From: Candidatus Anstonellales archaeon | GTDB lineage: Archaea > Micrarchaeota > Micrarchaeia > Anstonellales > J096 | Assembly (NCBI GenBank): GCA_038890745.1 | Contig: JAWAFD010000005.1 | Location: 8,817 to 72,816 of the forward strand | Length of the DNA stretch: 64,000 bases | Direction: 5' to 3' | Part shown: positions 45,727 to 56,254 of the stretch, piece by piece | Position numbering within the stretch: position 1 is the first letter of the stretch | Layout: every line of letters starts with the position of its first letter | The notes under the pieces: generated by a model | The model's input: only the letters and a program-made list of their open reading frames with translations | Databases searched by the model: none | What the model was told of the DNA's origin: nothing | Made by a program: the position numbers and the translations under genes

Positions 45727-45981
45727 TTAGGTTTTATAGATATTTTTTCTATGCCCTACTTTGAGGACATGGATCTCCTTCTTCTTTTCATTGATATCAA
45801 GCAAAATGCGGTAATCGCCGACGCGACATTTCCAGCAGTTTGCATCAGTTATCTTTTCAACAAAATGGTATGGCGCGAGTTCTAGTTCAGTTATTTTTTT
45901 TATAACACGCTTCGCTATATCCCTATTTAGTTTTTTTATGTCCTCTCTAGACCTAGGAGCCCAAATTATCTTGTAAACCAT
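45727..45981 (-). CDS. relE: RelE/ParE-family toxin
   Basis: CWKCRVGDYRILLDINEKKKEIHVLKVGHRKNIY is a RelE core. 84 aa. Confidence 0.7.
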   Translation of the reverse strand: MVYKIIWAPRSREDIKKLNRDIAKRVIKKITELELAPYHFVEKITDANCWKCRVGDYRILLDINEKKKEIHVLKVGHRKNIYKT

Positions 45982-46257
45982 CTAAAGACCCAGTTCAGCC
46001 ATCAGTTCCTTTGTAGTTATACCTTTTCCTTCCCTGATCTGCTTTCTGGCAGTTTCTATATCCTTTTTTGTTTCTTTACTAAGTTTGCCTTCGGTTTTTA
46101 GTTTCTCGTAAATTGTTATAAGCTTGTTTATCACCTCTTCGTAGCTTTCCCTCGCATAATCCTTCATACTTGCTAGTTTCTCTTTTGTTTCTTTATGTAT
46201 TAAGATTGTTGTGTACGCAGACATATATATCACATATATAGTTATGTATATATACAT
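45982..46257 (-). CDS. Antitoxin partner of RelE
   Basis: 91-aa helical protein abutting the toxin start. An AT-rich promoter lies upstream (46240..46300). Confidence 0.5.
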   Translation of the reverse strand: MYIYITIYVIYMSAYTTILIHKETKEKLASMKDYARESYEEVINKLITIYEKLKTEGKLSKETKKDIETARKQIREGKGITTKELMAELGL

Positions 46258-46337
46258 ATATAAACTTTCCTATCATTCTAAATAAAGCCTCCTTTAAGAA
46301 AATAAAAGTAAAAGAAAAAAAGAAAGAAAAGGCAGAT

Positions 46338-49106
46338 TTACTGCCTCTTCACACCAGCCAAGAACTGGTCTACTGCAGCCAATGTGTCTTCTGCTGTGTA
46401 TCCTGCAACAATTATCTTGTTGCCAACTTCCTTCACTACGACATTGTTTGTTGAGTCAATTGTCATGCCTGCTTCCTCAAGGGCTGCTGCTGTAACTGTG
46501 TTTACTGCCTGTCCACCGACTGTAATCACAACGCCGGTGCCAAGGCCTGTTGCCTCTGTGTCTAAGTACATAAGGTTGCTTGTGAGTGTGTATGGAACAG
46601 ATGCTTTAACCTCAGCACCCATTGCCTGGTTATTCTCATCAACAATCTGTGCGTTCACGCTCTCAACTGCGCATGCTCCACCAGAAACACTGCATGGTGC
46701 AACAACCTCATCTATGCTCTTCACTTTTATTGAGACATTACCAACATTGCATGTTCCGCCCTCAGGAATCTTCTCGCATGTGAAGGTGTCTGGGTTAACT
46801 CCTGCCATAACCACTGGTCTGAAAGTGAACAGCGCGTGCACTGGTTTACTTGCTACTGAGAAATCTCTGTTCTTTCCTGTTTTCTTTGCATAGGTGCCTC
46901 TTAATGTTATGAAGTCGGTTTGGTAGTCCTGCCCATCAACCCATCCGTTGTTGTTATCGTAGCCTGTAGGATTATTGATAAAGCTGTCAAGTGGATTATC
47001 TCCATCGCGAACCACCATAAAGCCTACTTCATCATCATCTGGAGGTGCACCAAACACACCAAGGAAGGAATCTTTGGTTCCGATTACACTTGGGTCTGCA
47101 ATTACGCCGACTACATCTACAAGGTCAGAACCACCATTAACTGGGTCATCCCAAGCGCCTATGTCTTCGGTTAAATAGAGCTCAACAAGACCAGAGTTTG
47201 AGTTAGTCGGATCGTAGATTACAACTCTGCCTTCATCCCCTGCATAATCATACTCAAACGGCAGTGAGTTGACAGATGTACCCACTACGTCATGGGCTGC
47301 GTAATCAACAAACTGGTAGTTGCCGTTTTCATCCATGATTATTACATCTCCTGGAGAAGCAAGACCGCACGTATCAGCCGCAATGTCCGCGGCATCGTAA
47401 ATTACAAAGATTTTTTCAGCATCTGAGAATCCTGCCGCATTAGTGAATGCAGGCGTTAGTTTTTCTTTGTCTGACCATACTTCAACTGCACCGCTGAGAA
47501 CTACACTAGTGCCCGCAGCGCAGTCACCCCACGAACTCACGCCATCTCCCTTGAATTCTTTTCCTCCAAGGGGACCTGTGTAAGAGTTATCCATCTTAAA
47601 TTTCAGGGTGTCCCGGTCAACTGCTTCAAGGCCATTGTAAACCAATTCATATCCTTGGTAGTCTTTAAGGTCGATTACTGGATATGCTTCGCCTTTGGTC
47701 ATGTCCTCAAGTTCCTGCTCATTGTAGAGAACAATCTCCCTCAAGTGGGTTGCGTAGTCATAGGTGTTTTTAGGAGCTGTTGTTCCATACTTGTCCGACC
47801 AGCCGAAAAGAACTTTCCAGTCTGTATCGTCGCTCTCTATGAATTTTTTTCCGGATTCAAGTTCTATCTCATCTGCATAGATTGCAAACTCAGCCCATTT
47901 CGCAAGCAGTCCGTAACCAGGTGCTGTTTGGTAGACATGCACTTTTATATCACCGTATCCTGGGACATAGACTTTTTTCGTTTGCCCTGGTGCAATCTGA
48001 TCCTTAATCGGGTTTCCGTCCGGAGAGGTAATTATTTTGTCTTGAAGGTCTCTAAATGATACAATTGCTGGTTTTACTGTTTCTAAGGTTGAAATATCGT
48101 CAAGGCACACCTTAACGCCCTTCTCCTCCCATGTAAGGCAGTCTCCTACGTCTACAATTCCATAGGTGGCTTCCTTTGCGAGCTTAATAATTGTGCCAGC
48201 TTCTCTGTATACTTCCTTGTCGCTTAGTACTGCAGTTGTGCTCACAGGTGGTTCAACATCGCTGATTACCCAGTTTTCGCCAAGGAACTTTATCTGCATT
48301 CTGTATGCTTCAATTTGATCAGTTACAGCGCATTCATACCAGTAGGATTTTCCTGGGTCCCCTGGACAAAGCGGTAATCCGTTGTCTCCTGGCGCAAATA
48401 CCAAAGCATAGAGCCCGGTGTCTATGGAAGGCGCCACCTCATCGTTTTTGTCTCCCATGTTAGAGTAGCCAGAGAACCACGCAAACTGGTATTCAACCCA
48501 GTTTGATGTTCTTCCTGCTCCTGCCTGTACAGACACTTTTGAGAATGGAACAAAGTTGTCACCAGATATTTTGTATGCAGCTGCACCACCGCCAACGTTA
48601 GAGAAACTACCAGCGTTAAATAACAGACCACCTATCTGATCCTGGTAAGGCGTTCCTTTTTCGTTCAAAAGGTCCTTTTGGTATGTGTAGAGGTCTGCAT
48701 TGCCTTGATACCACCTATTCTCCAACTCCCTGTCCATAAAGTCGTCAATCAGCAATCCAAAGTTATGCACTCCTGTTCCCAATCCCGGAATTGTAACTTC
48801 CAGGGTTGTGGTCTCCTGTGAAACATCGCAGGTTCCTGTTCCTGCTCCACCAGTGCATGTTGCTGTTGCAGATGCTTTCAGGGTTTTTGTTGCATAGGCA
48901 TTGTTTGCCAATTTTGCTACAATCTTCGCTGCTCCTACGCCGTCGCTTGCTGCTGCCTTTTCCCCGACAATGACCTTAGCCAATGGTTGGCCATTGTCGT
49001 TCACCAGCACTGTGTTGCCGTACATTACGCCGGCAAAGGCCACAGAGCTGGCCAAAATTGTGGCTCCTGCCACAATTGCTCCAATTTTCTTCAGGTTCAA
49101 TTTCAT
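46338..49106 (-). CDS. Large secreted surface (S-layer-like) protein, 923 aa (track ORF extends spuriously to 49292)
   Basis: Signal peptide MKLNLKKIGAIVAGATILASSVAFAG. Thr/Gly/Asn-rich, beta-rich composition with no TM helices. An ATG at 49106 precedes the signal peptide. Confidence 0.5.
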   Translation of the reverse strand: MKLNLKKIGAIVAGATILASSVAFAGVMYGNTVLVNDNGQPLAKVIVGEKAAASDGVGAAKIVAKLANNAYATKTLKASATATCTGGAGTGTCDVSQETTTLEVTIPGLGTGVHNFGLLIDDFMDRELENRWYQGNADLYTYQKDLLNEKGTPYQDQIGGLLFNAGSFSNVGGGAAAYKISGDNFVPFSKVSVQAGAGRTSNWVEYQFAWFSGYSNMGDKNDEVAPSIDTGLYALVFAPGDNGLPLCPGDPGKSYWYECAVTDQIEAYRMQIKFLGENWVISDVEPPVSTTAVLSDKEVYREAGTIIKLAKEATYGIVDVGDCLTWEEKGVKVCLDDISTLETVKPAIVSFRDLQDKIITSPDGNPIKDQIAPGQTKKVYVPGYGDIKVHVYQTAPGYGLLAKWAEFAIYADEIELESGKKFIESDDTDWKVLFGWSDKYGTTAPKNTYDYATHLREIVLYNEQELEDMTKGEAYPVIDLKDYQGYELVYNGLEAVDRDTLKFKMDNSYTGPLGGKEFKGDGVSSWGDCAAGTSVVLSGAVEVWSDKEKLTPAFTNAAGFSDAEKIFVIYDAADIAADTCGLASPGDVIIMDENGNYQFVDYAAHDVVGTSVNSLPFEYDYAGDEGRVVIYDPTNSNSGLVELYLTEDIGAWDDPVNGGSDLVDVVGVIADPSVIGTKDSFLGVFGAPPDDDEVGFMVVRDGDNPLDSFINNPTGYDNNNGWVDGQDYQTDFITLRGTYAKKTGKNRDFSVASKPVHALFTFRPVVMAGVNPDTFTCEKIPEGGTCNVGNVSIKVKSIDEVVAPCSVSGGACAVESVNAQIVDENNQAMGAEVKASVPYTLTSNLMYLDTEATGLGTGVVITVGGQAVNTVTAAALEEAGMTIDSTNNVVVKEVGNKIIVAGYTAEDTLAAVDQFLAGVKRQ

Positions 49107-49303
49107 GCTTTCACCTTTTCCTGCATCGCCGAAATCTTTGCTTGGGTCCAAAAGGACTTGGCGATGCACTGGACCCATAACCCTGTTTATTCGTATGAAT
49201 AAACGGGTTGAAAACTTCTCAAACATAAGCTTTATAAAGTTTTTCTCTAAGTATAAAGAGATATTTATAAAAAATTGAATGGAGCATGGCAATCAACGAA
49301 ATA

Positions 49304-50539
49304 CTACCTAGACAACTGACTATTAAATAAGGATTTTTTTAGTAAAAAATCTATGGCGGAAAGGTATGTTATTCCGGACTCTATCTCAAAGCTCGGAGGA
49401 TAGAGTGTGATCAAGAATTTCTTTATTCCTTTCTTAAGGGAAACTAAACCCTCTGTTTCTCGGGCAAATGTTTTTTTATCATTTATTTCATAACTTGCGT
49501 TTATTCCTGCGACTGGCCTCATATTGTCGGCAAGCAAAAAATCAACCTCTCTTTTTTTCTGCTCATAAAATATATTATATCTTTGGTATGACTTTAACTC
49601 ATTATAAATAATATTTTCAAAAAGACGTGTTCTGTCCACGGTTGAGGAGGGCAAAATTGTAGAGAATGCTGTATCAACAGCGTACACTTTCTTAGGATTT
49701 GCTTCCTGGATTCTAAGTGAAGGACTGTATTTGTTTACAACATCTAAAAGAAAGGCTTGAGTAAGATAGAATATGTATCCCTTTACCGTGCTTTCATGAT
49801 CTAATCCACAATAATCTTTGAGTTTTCTGTAGGAGAACCTGCTCCCTACGTTTGAAATAAGAAAAACTGCGAGTTTATGCAAAGAGTCTGGTTTTTTTAT
49901 GGAAAAACGAGGGATTATGTCTCGGTAGAGAATTCTGTTAAAATACTCCGCAGCAAGTGTTTTCTCATTCGTTAGAACTACCCTGGGAAATCCTCCAAGG
50001 TCTATATATTTCTCAAGTTGAGATCTAAGCTCATCTCGGTCACTTGTTTTTATTTTCCTAAATAGCAGGAATTCCCTAAAAGAAAGAGGCCGGATGATGT
50101 ACGTTATCGTCCTTCCTGTAAGAGCTGTGGAAAATTCTGAACACAATAGTTTTGAGTTTGAACCGGAAACAAAAACCTTAACTCTGCGGTTGATTCTGGA
50201 TGCAAATTTTTCCCATCCTTTTACATTCTGAACCTCATCTAAATAAAGAATCTTCTCTTTTTTTTCATTAATAATGGAGAGTAGTTTTTCAAAATCAGAA
50301 TAGTCGAAGTTTATAAGCCTCTCATCCTCAAAATTTATGTAAACCCCACCATACTTTTTTGCTAGGGAATAGAGAACAAATGTTTTTCCTGACCTCCTCA
50401 CGCCAGCAATAACACTAACCTCTTCAAATTTTAAGCTTTTTTCCAATTCTGGGAGGATTTCTCTTTCTATGGGATTCTCCTTTCTAATCAATTCTTCGTA
50501 TGAAAGTACTGTTTCCCTCAGCTCCTCACGACCTAGCAT
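49304..50539 (-). CDS. AAA+ ATPase, COG1373/DUF4143-type (third paralog)
   Basis: P-loop GVRRSGKTF. Same architecture as 1536..2783 and 2939..4144. Confidence 0.7.
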   Translation of the reverse strand: MLGREELRETVLSYEELIRKENPIEREILPELEKSLKFEEVSVIAGVRRSGKTFVLYSLAKKYGGVYINFEDERLINFDYSDFEKLLSIINEKKEKILYLDEVQNVKGWEKFASRINRRVKVFVSGSNSKLLCSEFSTALTGRTITYIIRPLSFREFLLFRKIKTSDRDELRSQLEKYIDLGGFPRVVLTNEKTLAAEYFNRILYRDIIPRFSIKKPDSLHKLAVFLISNVGSRFSYRKLKDYCGLDHESTVKGYIFYLTQAFLLDVVNKYSPSLRIQEANPKKVYAVDTAFSTILPSSTVDRTRLFENIIYNELKSYQRYNIFYEQKKREVDFLLADNMRPVAGINASYEINDKKTFARETEGLVSLKKGIKKFLITLYPPSFEIESGITYLSAIDFLLKKSLFNSQLSR

Positions 50540-50627
50540 AATTAATTAAAAAAAAGAAGTATTTTTAAATGTTCGCATTGCAGTGCGCAATTTTTTGAAT
50601 TTTTGCGCAATACTATGCGCGAATAAC

Positions 50628-51050
50628 TCATCTTGACCCAATAGGAGAGAATAGTTCTTTTACTTTTCCTTCTATTAATTTTTCTATTCCAAACTCTCTT
50701 TTTGTGTGTGCTTTTATTACAAATGCCTTCCAAGGCATTCCGCGGGAAAATGCAACCTTCACCCTTCTATGTCCATCAAGGATTATCCTTTTCCCCTCTT
50801 TTTCTAAAACTATTATAGGAGTAGAATAATTGTATCGTGTTATTGCCTCATTTATTTCCTTTGCGTACTCATCAAATGTTGCTTTCTGCTCTTCACCCGG
50901 ATAGGTATAGTAAAGCTCTCCTAGCTCTGCAGAGGTAAGAATCTTTTCTTCCCGGTCGAATATCTCTTCTGGGTAGAGCCGCTGGTAGTATGCAATAAGC
51001 TTTTCAAAAAGCTCCCTTTCCCTTTTTTCATCAATCAAACCTACGGGCAT
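50628..51050 (-). CDS. ParB/sulfiredoxin-like nuclease-domain protein
   Basis: The IILDGHRRV motif resembles the ParB N-terminal DGHHR box. Confidence 0.35.
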   Translation of the reverse strand: MPVGLIDEKRERELFEKLIAYYQRLYPEEIFDREEKILTSAELGELYYTYPGEEQKATFDEYAKEINEAITRYNYSTPIIVLEKEGKRIILDGHRRVKVAFSRGMPWKAFVIKAHTKREFGIEKLIEGKVKELFSPIGSR

Positions 51051-51100
51051 GAAATCACCAAAAAGAGTAGGGTTGGAATATTAATAAATATTGCGGATGG

Positions 51101-51655
51101 TCAGCGCAGCCCAGCAACCGCTCTATCAAGAAGCTCTGCGCTCCAATCCACCCTATCCCCTCTCTTTCTTTTTCCTTTTATCAGGCTTAGTATTAACTCT
51201 ATGTTTTCTTCTAACCTGCGCGCGCTGGAGTTTATTTCAAAAATCTTTGCCTTTTTGTAATTCATTTTTGCTTTTACAGAAAAATAGTCCAAAAGCTCTA
51301 CGAGAACATTATCCTCTATTTTTTTCTCACCATACCCTCTTTTTTTCATTCTTTTCACAAGTCTATCTGGATGGCAGCGGATTACAAAGACATAATCCGC
51401 TTTGAGCGGGAATTCACAGAGAAGATGGCCTTCAAAAATAATATTTTTTGATCTTCCGTAATATTTGTTCAGTTTTGCCCGCAGCTCTTTAACATCAACT
51501 ATCCGGGCTTTTTTTGCCCGGTCATAGCCGGAAAAAATTTTTTTCTCCTTTACAAAATCAGAAATATGAAGAAGCTTGTGGTTTAATTTTTTGGAGAGTT
51601 TTTTTGCGAGGGTTGTTTTTCCTGAGCAGGGAGAGCCGGTTAGAACTATGCGCAT
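51101..51655 (-). CDS. P-loop nucleotide kinase (adenylate-kinase/Fap7-like)
   Basis: MRIVLTGSPCSGKTTLAKKL Walker A at the N-terminus. 184 aa. Confidence 0.45.
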   Translation of the reverse strand: MRIVLTGSPCSGKTTLAKKLSKKLNHKLLHISDFVKEKKIFSGYDRAKKARIVDVKELRAKLNKYYGRSKNIIFEGHLLCEFPLKADYVFVIRCHPDRLVKRMKKRGYGEKKIEDNVLVELLDYFSVKAKMNYKKAKIFEINSSARRLEENIELILSLIKGKRKRGDRVDWSAELLDRAVAGLR

Positions 51656-51682
51656 GCGAGGAATTGAAAGAAAGGGTTTAAA

Positions 51683-52723
51683 TCATTTCTTCAATTTTCC
51701 CCTCATCTTCGCGTATATTGCATAAGGAACATATTTTTTCCTGTTTATGTAATCCATTGTTTTTGGTGCTTTATCCGCTTTTTCTTTTATTTTTTCCGTA
51801 ACTTCAATAAAAAACGAATCGCTTCCCGCCCCGCTTCCAAAACTTGTTAAAAGAATTTTATCACCGGGTTTTGCAATATCCAGAACAGCAGAGAGACCAA
51901 GAATGGATGCGCCAGAGTAGGTATTCCCAATAACCGGTGTGAGAAGGCCAGGAAGGAGCTTTTCCTTCGGAATTCCAAGCATCTTTGCAGCCCGGAGAGG
52001 GAATTTTGCATTCGGCTGGTGGAAAATAACATAATCATAATCCTCTATTTTTGTTTTTGTTTTTGCAAGAAGGCCGTTTGTTGCTCCTAAAATGTGCTTA
52101 AAATACGCTGGCTCTCCTGTAAACCTCGCCCCATGGCTCGGATAGTCTGCTCCCTGCCTTCTCCAGAAATCAGGAGTATCTGTTGTAAAAGAGTATGTTG
52201 CCTTTATTACTGCCAGGCTTTCGCTTTCAGGACCGATTATAAAAGCAGCCCCTCCTGAACCTGCTGAGTATTCCAGCGCATCGCCCGGCTTCCCCTGTGC
52301 AGTGTCCGCGCCTATAGCCATTCCATACTTTATGTATCCTGCGTCCACAAGCCCCATGCACATCTGCATCCCTGCTGTTCCTGCTTTGCATGCAAACTCC
52401 AAATCCGCAGCAGTAAGCTCGGGTGTGGCGTCTATTGCTTCTGCAACTGTTGAAGCCGTTGGGTTTACTGCATAAGGATGACTCTCGCTTCCAACATAAA
52501 TAGCACCTATTTCCTTTCCATCTATCCCTGCTCTCTTTAATGCATTTCTTGCAGCTTCAACCGCAATAGTGGTGGTGTCCTCATCCACTCCTGCAACTGC
52601 TTTTTCCTTTATTCCTAAACCCTCTTCTATCCTCTTCGGATCCTCCCCCCAAACCTCTGCTATCTCTTTGGTTGTTATTCGGTAAGTTGGAACGTACGCT
52701 CCATACCCTATAATGCCTGCCAT
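51683..52723 (-). CDS. hmgS: Hydroxymethylglutaryl-CoA synthase, archaeal type
   Basis: [26 protein letters not shown]... with active-site Cys context [12 protein letters not shown]. About 346 aa, as in archaeal HMGCS. Confidence 0.8.
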   Translation of the reverse strand: MAGIIGYGAYVPTYRITTKEIAEVWGEDPKRIEEGLGIKEKAVAGVDEDTTTIAVEAARNALKRAGIDGKEIGAIYVGSESHPYAVNPTASTVAEAIDATPELTAADLEFACKAGTAGMQMCMGLVDAGYIKYGMAIGADTAQGKPGDALEYSAGSGGAAFIIGPESESLAVIKATYSFTTDTPDFWRRQGADYPSHGARFTGEPAYFKHILGATNGLLAKTKTKIEDYDYVIFHQPNAKFPLRAAKMLGIPKEKLLPGLLTPVIGNTYSGASILGLSAVLDIAKPGDKILLTSFGSGAGSDSFFIEVTEKIKEKADKAPKTMDYINRKKYVPYAIYAKMRGKLKK

Positions 52724-52833
52724 ATAATCACGGTTTGCTTAATTTAAAGATGGGTTTAAAAAATTAGCGAAAACTAGTTCGGCAATCGCAGAATGGAAAG
52801 GTATTTAAACCTTATTTAACATTAAATTATAAC

Positions 52834-53757
52834 ATGAGAAAAATAACAAAAGGGGTCAAAAATTTTGCTATCGCCGCAGGGATTATGGTAGCAAGTTTAT
52901 TCCCAAACAAACTGGTGGAAGGAAAAACCTATGATACTGAATTGACACAAAGCGTGGCGCAAATTTTGGATAAAAGGTACGAGAATGATACAACTGAAAC
53001 AGGAAGAAAGTGGAGAATAATTTCAAATAAGGAAAATATAACCGCAAATGATGTATACGATTTTTTGAGTGGAAATTTGAGTGCAATAATGTATGTTGAA
53101 GATATATGCCCTACATGCGTACTAGGGTTGGCTGAAATAATAAGAAGGCAAAACTTAGAAAGTCAGGGAAGTAATAAGGAAGGAAATGGCGGGGTAGATA
53201 TCAAACCGAGCGGACAAAGCGAGCAAGAAAAACCGAAACCAGAAGGGAAGGGGATTTCACAAGAAGCAAAGAACTTCTTTAGCAAAAAAATAGAGGTTGG
53301 AGGGAAGAAAATGAGTGCATTGGAGTATTTAATAGCATGCGGGTATACAAATGAAGAGATAGAAGCAATTTATGGAAAAATAAAAAAAGACTGGGAAAAT
53401 GTAACTCCGAATTTGAACATGGAATTTCTTGATGCCTATGCACTAGAAGTTACGGGAAGAGTTTTGAAACCAACCGAACCAAACAACGAGCTTACGCAAG
53501 CTCAGATAGATAGTTTGAGGAGTTGGGCGCTGGATACCCTTCAGGCGACATTTGAAAACTCATTGGGGGCTGCGAAAAAACTTTGGGATAACTATTACAA
53601 ATGGGGGGACAAAAGTCTTGATGGGGTATACAAGTTCTGCCTTGATGTGAGAAGTTTGTGCGACAAAAGACAAGGAGAAGTAGTCCAAACGGTGATAGAT
53701 AAGATAGGTCTATACACAAAAGAGAGAAAAGAAACCCAAGAAGAAATGCGAAAATGA
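52834..53757 (+). CDS. Hypothetical secreted/anchored protein
   Basis: N-terminal hydrophobic anchor FAIAAGIMVASLF. No recognisable motifs. Confidence 0.35.
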   Translation: MRKITKGVKNFAIAAGIMVASLFPNKLVEGKTYDTELTQSVAQILDKRYENDTTETGRKWRIISNKENITANDVYDFLSGNLSAIMYVEDICPTCVLGLAEIIRRQNLESQGSNKEGNGGVDIKPSGQSEQEKPKPEGKGISQEAKNFFSKKIEVGGKKMSALEYLIACGYTNEEIEAIYGKIKKDWENVTPNLNMEFLDAYALEVTGRVLKPTEPNNELTQAQIDSLRSWALDTLQATFENSLGAAKKLWDNYYKWGDKSLDGVYKFCLDVRSLCDKRQGEVVQTVIDKIGLYTKERKETQEEMRK

Positions 53758-53768
53758 ACTAATGTCCA

Positions 53769-54302
53769 CTAGATAAAATATCTGTTTATTTTTTCGCTTT
53801 CTACAAACTCCTTTATTTTTTCTAAATTCAAATAATCGCTCCTTCTCAAAAATGCGATGAATTTTCCTAAAAGGACATTTGCTTTATGCTCATCTATGTT
53901 CAGAGCATTCAAAACTTTTTTTATGTACGCGACCGCTTCTTTTTTCTCTTCCTCATCAACATAGGCAAGTTTTATTGAAATTATTTTTCCAAAAACATCT
54001 ATCCTTACGACATCCTCTTCTGCAATCTCCTCAAGCTCCTCTCCTTCTTTAACTGCAATCGCTTCAAGTTCCTTCCACAAACTTGCTGGAAGGTACTCTA
54101 GAATATCTTTTTTGTCGTTCAAAAAATCATAAAGAATCGCTGGTGTAAGTTTTTCGTCTCCGTAGGAATATGGGGAGAGGAATTCCATAAGTTTTTCCCT
54201 TGCAACCCCCCTTGCTCTCATCAACTCATGAATGACAGCTATCATGACAGGGATCTCGCTTGGCTCCGCCTCAAAACGAATGCTTTCTATAAAGGTTTCC
54301 AT
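53769..54302 (-). CDS. Hypothetical acidic protein
   Basis: 177-aa ORF. Confidence 0.3.
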   Translation of the reverse strand: METFIESIRFEAEPSEIPVMIAVIHELMRARGVAREKLMEFLSPYSYGDEKLTPAILYDFLNDKKDILEYLPASLWKELEAIAVKEGEELEEIAEEDVVRIDVFGKIISIKLAYVDEEEKKEAVAYIKKVLNALNIDEHKANVLLGKFIAFLRRSDYLNLEKIKEFVESEKINRYFI

Positions 54303-54351
54303 AAGGATTAATTAATGGCGCGGATATAAAAATGTTTTCTGTCATTTTTTC

Positions 54352-55401
54352 ATGATGGTTGTTCTTTGCAGATTCTGTAATGAGAGGTTTAAGAAAAAAT
54401 TCAAAGAGGGCGAGTGCTACATATGCAAAGGGAATGTCGAAAAAATAATAAGAAATGTTGAAAAGGTAGACATAAAATTACCGGTGAAAAACGCTGAGTC
54501 TTTCTCCATCTCCACAGCAATCCCGAAAGAGGTTGTTTTAAGAGAGGAGGACGTATTCGACATCGTTTTGGGCGAGAGTATAAAAAGCTGGCTGAATGCA
54601 AAGGTTGTTGAGATTCTAGCAAAAAAAACAAAACTGAAATACAAGGCAACATATTCTGATGTAAATTTTACTATTGATTGGAGCGGGAATGTTTTTGCTT
54701 CTGTGAAAAACCTTTTCATATTCGGAAGGTACAAAAAATATTCTAATGAGATAAGCCAAAGTAAGGGATACTGGAAGGGAAAGGGAAGCGTTGAAGAGAG
54801 TATAGGAGAGGTGATGGAGGAGGAATGCGAAGGAACGCGCCATAGTCTGCATGCCTCTGGGAGGGAGGATGTGGATGCCCTGAATTTTGCAGGCAGGCCC
54901 TTTGTTATGGAGATTTACAGCGCAAAGGAGAGAAAACCGGATTTGGAAAAAATTAAGAGGAGAATAGATGAAACCGGAGTTGTCGAGGTAAGCGATTTGA
55001 GAATTGTTGATGGAAGCGCTGTTGCGATAATTACAGATTCTCATTTTGATAAGAGGTATAGAGCCTATCTAAGCGAAGAATTGAGCGAGGGGCAGAAGAA
55101 AAAAATAAAGGAATGTATAGAAGGAAAGATAATAGAGCAGTGGACGCCGAAAAGAGTTGAGAGAAGAAGGGCAAAGAAAATTAGGAAAAGGAAAGTTTAT
55201 TCTATTGATTTCGGAGAGGATGGGGAGGGGCAGTATGCCGAGGTAGAGGCAGAGGCGGGAACATACATAAAAGAGTTGATCAATGGGGATGAAGGAAGGA
55301 CAAAACCGAGCTTTTCTGAAATTTTGGGTAAGCCCTTGGAATGCAAAAAGCTTATAGTTGTTGCGATAAAAGATGATTTTATAAGGGATGTGGTGGGTTG
55401 A
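54352..55401 (+). CDS. pus10: tRNA pseudouridine synthase Pus10
   Basis: N-terminal Zn-ribbon CRFC...CYIC. Catalytic region SGREDVDALNFAGRPFVMEIYSA matches the Pus10 GREDxD...GRPF signature. Confidence 0.75.
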   Translation: MMVVLCRFCNERFKKKFKEGECYICKGNVEKIIRNVEKVDIKLPVKNAESFSISTAIPKEVVLREEDVFDIVLGESIKSWLNAKVVEILAKKTKLKYKATYSDVNFTIDWSGNVFASVKNLFIFGRYKKYSNEISQSKGYWKGKGSVEESIGEVMEEECEGTRHSLHASGREDVDALNFAGRPFVMEIYSAKERKPDLEKIKRRIDETGVVEVSDLRIVDGSAVAIITDSHFDKRYRAYLSEELSEGQKKKIKECIEGKIIEQWTPKRVERRRAKKIRKRKVYSIDFGEDGEGQYAEVEAEAGTYIKELINGDEGRTKPSFSEILGKPLECKKLIVVAIKDDFIRDVVG

Positions 55402-56254
55402 GAGTATGATGGACTTATTCGCGCAGTATTCAATTCCGTTTGAGGGGGTAAGGATAGCGGTTGCGATATTGATGGTAGGTATAGGAACGTATTTTGACCT
55501 GTTCAAAAACAAGAATGTTCCGGACAAATTTCTTTATGCATGCCTAGGGGTCGCATTTTTGTTTGCTGTATTTCCTTTCAACAATCTATCTGTTTATGCG
55601 CTTGCGCAGGGAATTTTTATTTTTGCAATCGGCTACATGATGTATAAGGCAGGGCAGATAGGTGGGGCTGATGTTTATCTTCTTTCTGCAACAGCCATGC
55701 TCATCCCAGTTCCGCCTTCAATTACTGGAATAACGATGGCGGTTCCGTTCATATTTTTTGTGATAATTTTTTCAGGCCTAATCTTTACGGCGTACAATAT
55801 AGTTTATTTTATTGTAAAACTATCGCATGAAAAAATAACAAAAATAGATTGGATATACCTAATCCTCGCGATTCCTTTCGCGATATTCGCATACTTCTAC
55901 TCAAACTCAATCTTCTACTCTCCAATCTATTTTTCAATAATAACAATTCTGTTTGTTGGTGCTGTTGTTTTCGGAGCGTTCAGGGAAACTATAATGAAGC
56001 ATGCTGTTGTGAAGGTTCCGGTTGGAAAAGCTGAGGAAGAGGTTTTCGCATCAGAATACGCGAGCGAAAGGGAGAGAAAAATAGTAAGGGTAAGGGTGAT
56101 AGATAAGAAAACTATCGAGGAATTGAAAAAAGCAAAAATAAAAGAAATAACGGTTTACGGAAAGCTTCCACCATTCCTACCATTCGTTTTTGTTGGTGTC
56201 TTGCTCTCTTTATTTTTTGCAAACCTTCTTTTCCCTGATATTATCTTACCGTAA
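55388..56254 (+). CDS. Type IV prepilin/preflagellin peptidase (A24 family, FlaK/PibD-like)
   Basis: Polytopic. First Asp in GTYFDLF and second in the IGGADVYLL loop (GGxD motif of A24 peptidases). Confidence 0.55.
   Translation: MWWVESMMDLFAQYSIPFEGVRIAVAILMVGIGTYFDLFKNKNVPDKFLYACLGVAFLFAVFPFNNLSVYALAQGIFIFAIGYMMYKAGQIGGADVYLLSATAMLIPVPPSITGITMAVPFIFFVIIFSGLIFTAYNIVYFIVKLSHEKITKIDWIYLILAIPFAIFAYFYSNSIFYSPIYFSIITILFVGAVVFGAFRETIMKHAVVKVPVGKAEEEVFASEYASERERKIVRVRVIDKKTIEELKKAKIKEITVYGKLPPFLPFVFVGVLLSLFFANLLFPDIILP

Noticed and set aside
46338-49292. 984-aa version of the surface protein, and plus-strand ORFs 46384..46893, 47655..48059, 48901..49278
   Set aside because: An in-frame ATG at 49106 immediately precedes a textbook signal peptide. 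The upstream 62 aa are low-complexity. The plus-strand ORFs are antisense shadows in a Thr/Gly/Ala-rich gene.
54401-55527. Minus-strand ORFs 54401..54652, 54417..54734, 54616..55044, 55069..55527
   Set aside because: They are antisense to the well-supported Pus10 and prepilin-peptidase genes.
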